From Antedon mediterranea (lineage: Eukaryota > Animalia > Echinodermata), in contig NC_092676.1 in assembly GCF_964355755.1 (NCBI RefSeq), forward strand, positions 7,603,888-7,667,887: a stretch of DNA of 64,000 nucleotides, in the 5' to 3' direction. Under the pieces are notes generated by a model. That model saw only the letters and a program-made list of their open reading frames with translations, did no database searches and was not told where the DNA came from. The translations under genes were made by a program, and so were the position numbers. Position 1 is the stretch's first letter. The number at the start of each line of letters is the position of its first letter. Positions 1-11,075 of this stretch are shown here, in pieces.

Positions 1-2472
1 TTATTACGGAGCAAGATTACTACCGTACTACTCTAATCTTGGTCTATTGCGGGTACGGGAAACCAGTGCACGTTATGTTATTGTAACAACAGTGTAAAAA
101 AACAAATAAATTTAGCTTATTGTCGTTGTTTTGTACTTGTCGCCAGAAGAATATTGACCGACATCCATGGTGGAGAACATGTAGTTCGGCTGTATCAATG
201 TAAACCACATACATAAGCCATCGTCTTCTCCATGGTTTGAGCAAGTATAATTTTGCGCACATTATTTCCAGTTTACTGCATTCTATTTGAAATAGGTTAG
301 AATTGTTTTGTCCAATAAAGCTTTAAATACCAATGTCCTTATACCTAATAAAACGCACTTTATATTCATTACTACTATATTTGGTTATGTTGGTTAATGT
401 AACGGGTTAAGTGTTACAGCTTCAAACGTCATCAAGTTGGTTCTAGTTTACGACAATTCACCAGCAAAATAATTACTACAGTATTAATCATACACTGTAA
501 AAATAGTGTTTAGATAGATCTTTTAAGATGTTTAAAAACATGTGGAGCAATGTAAAGACACGTTTAGGTTTTAACCGTGTTTAATTTGCAGTGTGTGGAG
601 CTCATGTGTGGAGCTTTTTTCCGCCACAATAAATTCATATGCACGCAACGCTAAACACGTACCTAAACATGTTTCCTGAACATAATAGTGACATGTTGAC
701 TGCTAGTGGGGTGGAGGAAACAACCTGTAGCTATAAACACATTTAGGTTTTAAACACGCTAAACATATATCTACGTGTTTAAAATCTAAATGTGTGGAAA
801 AAGTGGCTTTGAATAAACGCCCGGGCCCCTCTTCCAACCCCTAGAACATCATTTGGAAAAAGCAAAAGCGCCCCCTCGAATAAACGCTTCGGGGCGTGTA
901 TTTATTTCGTCCCACATACATATACACAATATTACAACACATTTATATTTGTAGTCGAATTCATGATCTATAATTTAAAGCATTTTGATACAAGTTTTAT
1001 TGTATGTTATCACTTCTTAACTGTTTTCTTTTCTATATTGTATTGTTGTTAAATTTTTTGGTAAATCCGGTTATCTATATATTGGTTAAGGCTGTCGGAA
1101 TTTCGGAATTGTTGGAGCGTGGCACGAATGAAAAATCTTTTTCAGTGTTCAGGGTACTGAAAAGCGCTCTATCACCAATACGACCATGGAACAGTAAAAT
1201 GATGTAAGTTTAATCTTTTCCGAGACAACTTACAAATTCTATAAATACATGATAAAACATACGATAGAAACTGTTAATATAATTATTGCAATTATCGTTT
1301 TTATAAAATAAATTATACAATGTTCATATCTACTAAAGCTCTGTCTACACTATCAAACTTTATGTGAAAATGTGATGTGCCTATTATATAGAAATGATGA
1401 TGTCCTATCACGTATCATATTTGAGCACATCACACTTTTGTTGTCAAACTAGTTTGACAGTAATAGTAAAACAAAGTGTATACGTATAAATTATAACTAG
1501 AGTCGGCGTTAATGATAAAGTTGAGGTAAGTAAGTAAAGTAATAGAGAGTTTGGGCAAACCCACCTATACGCATCCGGAGGTTTCCCGAACTGTAGGCCT
1601 ATATTATTTTCGATGTTTTTAAATCGAGCACGAATCGGTTATCCGATGTCAAGCAAGGTCATAACCATAAATATAATTAAATACGGTACTTACCACAAAA
1701 CATAGATAAACTCACATTATTTTCACCCGTTGAGTAAATGTATATTTTTTCTTTACAACAAACAAATTTGACGGGTTGTTTGTTGTTAACTCCATTGTGT
1801 TGGTTCGGAGGAGGTAAACCCCATAACTAAAATTACTTTCTACTTGCAGGCCTACTAGGCCTATTAAAGTAGGCCTACTATTTAGCCAAAAAATACATAT
1901 TTCTTACCACCGATTTATATGATGAATAGCCTAAGGCCAAATAAATTACATTTGTAGGGACGTGGAGACCTCAATTGTTTTTCTATAAGTGCATTATTCC
2001 GTTTAATGAAACATAATTCTGTTTACTAATAACTCCGTCTAGAACCAATAGTATCTTGGTCCATAATCGTAGGGTTGTTTTCGCAACTGAACATTCACCA
2101 GTTCCCTCCACAATTGGTGATATACAGTAATTTAGTGATGCGTGTGCGGTTTTAGTTTTTTTGGTATCTTTCACTTATACATTTTTAGTCGCGTGCTAAC
2201 GCGACTCTACAGCTCACTATGTCGGTTGGTCGGTCGGTAAACACTAACTCAAATTTGAGCACGCGACTGCAGCCATGTATATGTATGTATATATAATCAG
2301 AATTAAAACAAAATTGTAGATTGTTTCAAGCATCAAAATAACAATTTATCAATAATATATTTATAAAGTATTACGATTTAGTATCTCAATAATTAAAATA
2401 TAATAACCACTTACATATTTGGTATCCTTTACAAATCAACAGTATCTATAAAAACAAAGATATTAAAAAAAT

Positions 2473-2668
2473 CAACAACAAAGTATCGTACGACGTTTTC
2501 AACAACAAACGTATCGTACGACGTTTTCAACAAACGTATCGTACGACGTTTTCAACAACAAACGTATCGTACGACGTTTTCAACAACAAACGTATCGTAC
2601 GAAGTTTTCAACAACAAACGTATCGTACGACGTTTTCAACAACAAACGTATCGTACGACGTTTTCAAT
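2473..2668. repeat. 28-bp palindromic minisatellite, about 7 copies
   Basis: Unit CAACAACAAACGTATCGTACGACGTTTT. Confidence 0.95.
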
Positions 2669-3299
2669 AACAGTCTCTGTGGCCAGACTGAAAGACGGCT
2701 AGAACTGTAAAAATAGGTTATTAATTTTCACTGAAACAAATTAAAAGATAACAATGGATTTGGACTTATATTCAAGATATGAATTTGCCACAATTATGGA
2801 ATTTGATATTATAAAGTTTTTACGTATAAGCGTGCGTACCTTACAGAACAAATTCATGTTGTATCATCTGCGTTCTATTTTCTTTCTTCGTATTTCTTGT
2901 TGAATGTTCTTCAAATAAGGAAATCAAAGACTGCTTACCATTAATACTTGTTTTCTAATGCATCGATCAATTTGGGTCAATTCAATTTGTCCTTTTGGCA
3001 ATTCAATACAAGGTCAAAGTCATTATTTTATAAGGTACGGTACATTTACGATTGATAATTGTTTTGTTAATGATGCAAATGTAACATGTTTACCATTATT
3101 CCAATTAGGCCTAAAGGAAATCAATAACGTAATCAAACGAAAGAAAATTATCAAATGTACGATATCAATAATACGATACAAAATTGAACATATAAATATA
3201 TAAATCCAAAGGCAAATTACTGAAAAAATGACAATGCTGTGGGTATCAGTGGCTGGATCTCAATGGAGATACAAAAAAAGCGAAAAGCTAAATCAAAAC

Positions 3300-4300
3300 G
3301 ATAAAGTAAAGCAGCCAGAAAAGTTAGCAGAGCTTTCGGGCAACACTAGTCCTTCATCAGTGCAAGTAAAGGAATTTGGATAACGTCATAGAATAAGAGC
3401 TGGCAAGTGCTGCCTGAGTGGACAGGAATAAAAGAAATACAACAAAAGGAGTCAGGGTGGAGTCTGAATAAGAGTAGAAAACAAAGAAGGTAGCTTGGTA
3501 GAGATATAAACAATTTTGAAATGGAACTAAAAAACAGCTTAAATGGTGGTTAATATTTAAACTAAAATGTTGGTAGTCAATGTAATAATTTTACCGATCT
3601 GAGAGTATGTACCTAATGTTAAGTCCAAAAGGTTTTGTGGTTTTAAGTTGTAATTCCCAGTGGTTTTCTTTGTCTTTATGAGTTTTGTCGCTCCATTTGA
3701 CATCGTGGTCTATTGCAATAACTCTGAAATTTGCAATCGAGTGACCAGCTGAATTAAAATGTTCGGCTACAGGTTGATCAAGCTTTAATGTTTTGATAGC
3801 TGATCTGTGTTGTGTCATTCTCATACAGAGAGTGTTTTTTTGTTTCCCCGGCGTACTGTTTGCCACAAATATTACAGTATATGAGATTACGTTTTTGTTA
3901 GACAATTAATTGTCAGTTTTATTACTCTTACATTTTTCAGTAGAATCAACCAATGAACAAGTTTTGCAAGATTTGCCGCAAAGGCGACTGTCCAAATGTT
4001 GGCTGTCATGAGAGTTAATTTCACTCTTAAATTTAGATCTGACTATTATATCACGAAGGTTGAGAGGTCTACAAAATGCAATAATGGGTGGTTCCGGAAA
4101 AACAGTCCTGAGACGTTCTGTGGACTGTAGAATGTAGAATGGGCTTATGTTTCTCAATAATAGCCCGTAATGGAGGCAACCTAGGGCGATAGGTCGAATA
4201 GGCTGACGTGGTTTGTACGTCAGTGTTAATAAACCTAGTATTAATGATGTCTTTATGTAAATTGTGCATTGACAATAATTAATAATAATATCCATGTCGC
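3300..4300 (-). mobile_element. Penelope-like retroelement 3' fragment (linker and GIY-YIG endonuclease, frameshifted)
   Basis: Peptides YRPRLPPLRAIIEKHKPILHS, VFPEPPIIAFCRPLNLRDIIVRSK, CGKSCKTC and RMTQHRSAIK...PVAEHFNSAGHS...KENHW...LKTTKPFGLN lie in different frames. A hammerhead motif lies downstream. Confidence 0.85.
3327..3364 (-). ncRNA. Minimal type I hammerhead ribozyme of the Penelope-like element
   Basis: The minus strand reads TGCA-CTGATGA-AGGACTAGTGTTGCCC-GAAA-GCTC-TGC: conserved core, stem I GCA/TGC and a palindromic AGCT stem III. Confidence 0.7.
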
Positions 4301-5379
4301 CATCTGCACCAAGAATTGACCAAATTGACAACATAAAAGAAATCAACGTATATGCGAAGAGAACACCCCATGACGTCATAGGTTACAATAATTCATTTAA
4401 ATACAATGTTCTTAATAATATTCGGATATTTTTTTGTTTTGATTGTCGTCGTTAGCAACTATAGCCCTATATCTTTGTCGTTGAAATTGACACACATCGT
4501 TACGCAATCAATTGTTTACCATGTGTAAATAAGTAGCATGGTACATTTTGAATCTTGCATCGATTTTAATTGTTCTTTAATTCAAGGGTTTGGTTATGCA
4601 TTTAAAATGCGATGTTGATGGATATGCTACAATGAAACATTTATAATCGATTTACGGTTAATAGAATTAAATAACGACTAGATGTTTAAATGAATAGTGC
4701 AATACTTGTAAAAATGTGCATGCCTTTATAAAATAAATTCATCTTGCATATTCATCTTTATATAATGAATTTAAAAAAACAAACGAATTATTGCGGGCTC
4801 CATTCTACTTGGGAAGACTTTGATAATGGTTCCATTGTATATAAACACCATTTGTTCCTTGACGATTTTTGACCATCATTGTAAACAATATCCGACTACT
4901 TCTTGGGTCTCACGAACAGGTTTTACAAAATAGTGTGACCAAATTATCTGACACCTAGTTTTGTTTTATTTGTATTTTTACTCATTTTTTCTTGTGCATA
5001 ATAATTTTATCATTTGTACCCTTTATTCCGTTTACTTGATGTGCACATACTGTTTTGCTTAGTTTATTATGTACATGGAGCTACCCTCCATGGTTTATAG
5101 TAGTACTGTATAGCTTTATATATTTTTGGGGGTTTTTTTTCGTTGGTTTTGTTTTGTTTTCTTTCATTACTTTGCTCATTTGTTTTATTTTGGTTGTACC
5201 ACCACTAACGACAGTGTGTGCCACTGATAAAAAAAAAAAGTGATTACCAATAAATAAATAAATAAATCAAAATCAACATTTATTTCCAAAATGGTGGCGT
5301 CACCAAAAAAGCAAAAGCTTGTGACAGGGACGCCAAAACAAAACATTCAAAAGCAAACAAAACATAATGTATAAAATTC

Positions 5380-6310
5380 CAACTGTCTTATGTTCGCTGA
5401 CGACCTCAAGATTTACAAAATTATTACCACTACTGAGGACTCCGTTGCACTTCAGGCAGATCTGGAAAGACTCGGTACGTGGGTTTCCGACTGGAAAATG
5501 TCCCTGAAGTCCGAGAAATGCAAAGTCCTGTCTTGCTCTCTTAAGAAAAAACCTATTATTTTCGCTTACTCAGTTCAAGAAGAAGTCCTTGAAAGTGTAA
5601 ACTCTTACCGGGACCTCGGCATTTTCATCGACCGTAAACTGACATTTATTTCACACGTTGATCATGTTGTCAGAAAGGCCAATAGGCTGCTTGGGCTGAT
5701 GTGGCGCAATTGCAAACATTTTTCTCCATACACCAAACGTGCGCTTTATCTTTCCCTCGTCCAACCATCTTTTAATTTCTGTTCAATTATTTAAAATTCA
5801 CTCTCTGCTTCTCAAGCCTCCAGAATTGATCGGACCCATAACAAGTTCTTGCGCTTTGTCGGCCCAGCAGCCAACCTGCCTCCTATTGTTTCCCCGACAT
5901 CTAGGAGAGCAAGACAGGACTTGCACTTCCTGTATAAATGTCTTACTTCTAAGTTTGATTGTGATCTTGTTTCGTTGTTTTATTTTAATGTTCCTGTTCG
6001 TAATCTTCGTAGTAAACCCTTTCTTCATGTTAAATTTTCTCGTGTCAATGTTTGTAAAAATGGTATTTTCTGTAGACTCTCGTCATTGTACAATTCTTGT
6101 ATTTTAAAAAATAATTCTTTAGATATTTTTAACTGTAATTTTTTTCAATTTAAATGTATTAATAATGAAATTATTTAAATTTTCTTTTTCATTTGTATAT
6201 ATTTATATTGGCTCATATTTTATAGTTTAGCTTTTATTTTCAACCTGTTATTGGTGTTTTACACTGTTGGTTTGATTTAAAGAATAAAGAATAAATAAAT
6301 GAATAAATAA
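5380..6310 (+). mobile_element. 5'-truncated, decayed CR1/L2-group LINE
   Basis: FADDLKIYK...LQADL...W...KCKV...RDLGIFID...KANRLLG RT/thumb region with stops and frameshifts, and an (AATA)n tail at about 6283-6310. Confidence 0.85.
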
Positions 6311-6830
6311 ACAAGACTTACGATTTGTGTCTCCAGACGTTTTAATGACGGTAGAGTATTATCCATTGCCGTTGAAATATTTGCTATTTTATATGTCAGA
6401 TTAATATTTTTTCTTTTCGAGATCACTTACTGATTCTACAGTATAAGCTACATATTTGTCCATATCTTTTTGAATAGATTCCATCTTATCCATCCTTCGT
6501 AATAATGTATCTTGATTTTTAAGTAGTACGTCAAGCCTACCTCGCATTTCTCCTGCGAGCTTTTGAATTTCCCGCCGAAGGTCAGTTAAGCCCTCACCTG
6601 GCTCGACAGTGGATGCAGTAGGAGGGCTTTCAGAAACGGCTTGGTCAGATGTTAAACGTAAGTTAGATTTACGAGTTGATCGGGCTGCCATTTCCTATAG
6701 GCCTACTTTTGTAATATGTTGAATCTTAAGTCGATGTTTATTAGTATATCACGGAGATCGGATGACGATGGTTCAGGAATAGTGATTTTGAGTCAGTTTT
6801 GGCGGAGCTAACTTACGTACGTTCTACATG
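6311..6830 (-). mobile_element. Probable L1/Tx1-type LINE 5' end (ORF1 coiled-coil fragment)
   Basis: ORF 6691-6401 has a basic N-terminus and then heptad-like LRREIQKL...LLRRMDKMES...VSDLEKK. It is cut off at the adjacent LINE tail. Confidence 0.45.
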
Positions 6831-7013
6831 ACCTACATGACCTTTTCGACCTACATGACCTTTTCCTATACAAATAGTATATTTATAACTAATTTAAACT
6901 CGTGTAAATTGGTGTTTTATATATATATATATATATTAAATATAATAAATATATAGATACCATATTGCAATATTTTTTCAGATAAACAAATGTGCTTGGT
7001 TACATTTATAATA

Positions 7014-8280
7014 TAGTATGGGTTCCAGACGGTTTTTTGACTTAATACTACAAGAATTCTTGGTGCATACGATTATCCGGTTGACTAGTTGTAGCCACAT
7101 GCGATTGGCTACTCACTCGTACACAGTTTTAATATTCATATGTCCGAATTTTGACAAATCTGGGAATATAAGTTGCGCTCTGTTACGTTGAACACGACGG
7201 TGTGGTGTGTTTTGTGTGCAACTACTGGGCTTACTGTGTGTTTGTGGTGGGGTGGGGAACGATGGCAACTTTTGCCTCTTGTTATTTTATAGTTTTACAA
7301 ACAATTACAATTCTCTGTTCTCCGTGTCGATGTCGTCGGAGGAGATGCACAGTGCGGCCTACTAGACACCCTAAACTCAGCTCTGTTTCTAGGCTTCTTT
7401 TTGTATTTGAATAAGACACAGGGGCTGTTCTTTTTTAAACGGTTACCTGCTTTACAAAGCGAGCAAAGGTATTTTTAACTTGCCCTTTTAGTTTCACAAT
7501 ATTTCTATGTATGGTTTTTATTTTCATGTCGCATAATCGACAACACGATATTTCGCTAATTTTACTTTGGGTGAGAGACGTACATTGTTGAGGGCTAAGG
7601 ATGATAACTAATTGCTTGTAAACGTCTGATTGAGTTGCCCCATGAAATAGCAATAACCTCCTTGATTTAAGAGTTACTTCCCCACAAACTGAGCATACGC
7701 ACTGAAGTTTGTGTGGGGACAGTACTTCTCGCGTATGTTGTTTTTAATGGGTTTTCTTCTTGACCTCGACATCCAAGTTTTAAGTAAGACTGTCCCATCC
7801 TCTAGTAGCCGGCCGATACTGTACCGACGTAAACTCGCTCGCGAAACTTTCGTCTTCATATTACATGAGGTAACTAGAACGCCAATATCTGGTCCGTTAA
7901 TTGGTTGATTCTACAACCATATATTTACATAAACCCGCTCATTAGCTAAATACGGTATGATAATCTACGTCATCCTTATCGATGTTTGCGGTCTGCAAAT
8001 CGATTTGTATAGGCGTCTTACAAGTCTGTGTTTCAGGACAAAAATCAACACGCCGACGCCGACTAACATAAAAAAAGACAAAAATTTGGCAAATCGATTT
8101 GTATAGGCGTCTTACAAGTCTGTGTTTCAGAACAAAAATCAACACGCCGATTAACATAAAAAAGACAACAATTAAATCGATTTGTATAGGCGTCCTACAA
8201 GTCTGTGTTTCACGACAAAAATCAACACGCCGACTAACATAAAAAAAAGACAGCAATACAGACTTGGGGCAAGTTAATGC
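7014..8280. mobile_element. Unclassified dispersed element (long copy); a short related copy lies at 36753-36950
   Basis: Both loci begin TAGT(A/C)TGGGTTCCAGACGG..TTTTGACTTAATA and end GACTAACATAAAAAA..A..CAATACA.ACTTGGGG.AAG. Confidence 0.6.
7995..8255. repeat. Three imperfect 80-97-bp tandem copies
   Basis: AAATCGATTTGTATAGGCGTCTTACAAGTCTGTGTTTCA...AAAAATCAACACGCCGA occurs three times. Confidence 0.9.
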
Positions 8281-8904
8281 CACTAATATAGACTTGTGTT
8301 TCGTATAATTATTCTTCAAACAAGGTATCTAAAATAATAATACAATATACCTAATAATACAAGTAAAATATATTTTGTCATAACATTAACGTTTTACATC
8401 ATCGTATATTAACATCTATTATATTTTATTATAAGTATTTCTTAATATAATGTATGGCATGCTATATTTATCAGAGACAGTGTGTACGTTAAATTGCACA
8501 CAGGATCGGCATTACCTTATCACTACATTACGTCTAGCAAAACTCCGTTTTATTTGCTGCAGGTTTCAGTGTGTGTTCAGTTCTGCTAAACGATACGAAA
8601 AAGATAACTTATGAACAGTTTCTATTGAAATATTACATAAATTGTATTTAATATTTCAATGGAAACCGTCATCCTCATCCGCTTTAACTTATTGATGATT
8701 TATCTAATATATCTCCAGTAACACTTTAATTACAATGTTTATTTCTATGAGATTTCATGATCGACAAGAACGGTACAGACACTATAATCTCCCTGCTGTC
8801 CAAACAGCCGGTTACAGTAGGTATTTCAATATTTCACAGAACAAGCTAAAAATAAATTATATATTATATATAGTCTGTAAAATATTGATATTAAATAGCA
8901 ATGT

Positions 8905-11075
8905 CTATTCATCGTCTTCATCTTCTGAAGAATCATTCGATTTTTCATTTATTTCGGTTTCACTTTCGCTTTCTGATGAATCAGAGCTCGATTCATTTTT
9001 GGATTCCTAAAAAATGAAAGTTTTTTTTTAAAACCTAATTTCATTATAACGTTTAATAACAACATAAATGTGGTATTCCATTACATACCGATCCACTAGA
9101 TCACACTCCATAAATGATATATGACGAAACAAAAAAAAGGTGATTTTCGATTTCAGAATACCGAGACGCCAACCTGTAGGAGGTGGAGTTAGGGACATTC
9201 TGTGTAAAACTGTGAATACTATTATTATACGCACAGGTAACCAATCATAATCTTACCTCATCTTCGTCACTTGAATCGCTTTCTTCTTCATCTTTGTTTT
9301 GACTTGTCGCTGATTTTGCTGATTTTCCATCCGAAGATTCTGAAGCTGGTTCCTGCAAACAAACGCGTAATTGTGTATGTTATATTTAACTATAGAGCAA
9401 GCATTCTACTCCCTATATTCTCTGACTAACTAATCAACTGCAATATTTTGAAATTGGTTACCGTACCCTTTGAACGCGTTATCAACCATTATTGAAACGC
9501 GTTACAAATCAACCAAAAACAACAAACATGACCTCTGAACCCGTCACTGGAGTTTGGATTTATAATTCATACCTTTTCAATACTGTCCGATTCTACAAGC
9601 TCTGTGCTTTCTTCTTCAACTATGTCATCGGGAACATCAACAGCACCAGGTAGAGTTAGAATAGAGTCTTCTCGTGGTAATTTGTTATCCTAATAATGAA
9701 TAAAACTAACACACTGTATTACGGTTTATTTTGAGAGAACATGACTTGTCAGCTTGAAAAGAAAATTAACAAATTGAAATTTAAAATGAAAGCACTCAGG
9801 AGTGAAGTACTTGGCAAAATATTGCCACAGAGGGCGCATGTTGATATTTCAGTCCATGTTAAAAGAATACAATTTTTGTTTTATTTGTGAAGTTATTTAA
9901 TGAACCGATTTTCTTGAATTTCAATAGGCATGTTCAGTAAGTAATACCTATTAACACCGACAAATTTAGAATGACAACTTTATAACATGTAGACAGAAAA
10001 ACAAACAAAACGTATTATACTTTGCCAAGTTAAAAAAAAAAATTGTCTGTGACGTATAATATAAAGCCAAAGACTTTCAAAAGTTTGGTGTTTCAAGTAG
10101 CAACTTACCGTCGTGGGTGATACCTTGTTGGATAATTTTAAACTAAGACTTGACATGCTATTTTGGCGGGATTCTGACAACAAAAGAGCTCTACTGTGGA
10201 TACTTGGACTCTAAAATAAAAATAATTTTAATCAGATTCAACATAGGCCTAATTATGATTTAAATTCATTCATCGTTAATTAAACAACACACGTACTGAA
10301 TAAAATAATCAACGTATTCTTTTATTTGATGTACAGAGTAGTCACAGTTGTGCGATATTTTATTCGTGCAGCGTTCGAGTAGTCACAGTTGTGCGATATT
10401 TTATTCGTGCAGCGTTCGAGTAGTCACAGTTGTGCAATATTTATTCGTGCAGCGTTCGAGTAGTCACAGTTGTGCGATATTGTATTCGTGCAGCGTTCGA
10501 GTAGTCACAGTTGTGTGATATTTTATTCGTGCAGTGTTCGAGTAGTTACAGTTGTACGATATTTTATTCGTGCAGTGTTCGAGTAGTCACAGTTGTGCGA
10601 TATTTATCATTCTCGCAAATTTATTTTCCTCGCCTTTCAAATTTATGTATTTAATGATTTATAACAATGAGAAATTATCATAAAATCAAGTGGTACATAC
10701 CAGCGTTAGTTGGTTTTCAATCGCCCTATCAATTTCGTCATATCCGTCTTCTGTTGTTACACTGGCGGATATCTGTAGTAATGAAATAAGTTTATAACGT
10801 TTACTTTAAATCAAATTCTTTAAATTTGCATCATTATTGACAAATAAACAATTACTAAAATAGAAGCCTAGCTGTAGTAATTAAGACATCAGGCGATAAT
10901 ACAATATGTGTAGGTCTTAGGTCGGGAGTTACTGCTTTGTCGGTAAAAGTGAGTAAGCCATTAAACTAACCATAATAGCTTCATTATCCGCAGCGTTAAC
11001 ATTATCATTGGCATCTTCTTTATGATCATCTTCTACCATATGAACATTCATTGATGACATCCTCGCTTTCTCAAC
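8905..11075 (-). CDS. Cytoplasmic C-terminal tail exons, Ser/Asp/Glu-rich
   Basis: Six phase-0 exons: 11075-10971, 10772-10701, 10210-10109, 9689-9573, 9352-9257, 9006-8905. The protein ends ...SNDSSEDEDDE*. Confidence 0.8.

Noticed and set aside
44-262. 72-aa minus-strand ORF at the window edge
   Set aside because: No recognisable motif or convincing splice structure; it cannot be assigned.
493-800. CACTGTAAAAA start followed by AAACAC/TTTAGG sub-repeats, like a second CACTA end
   Set aside because: I found no matching opposite terminus or TSD; at most a fragment.
2473-2668. Palindromic 28-bp repeat resembling a CRISPR direct repeat
   Set aside because: Units are head-to-tail with no unique spacers, there are no cas genes, and the context is eukaryotic. 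The same applies to the 41-bp array at 10337.
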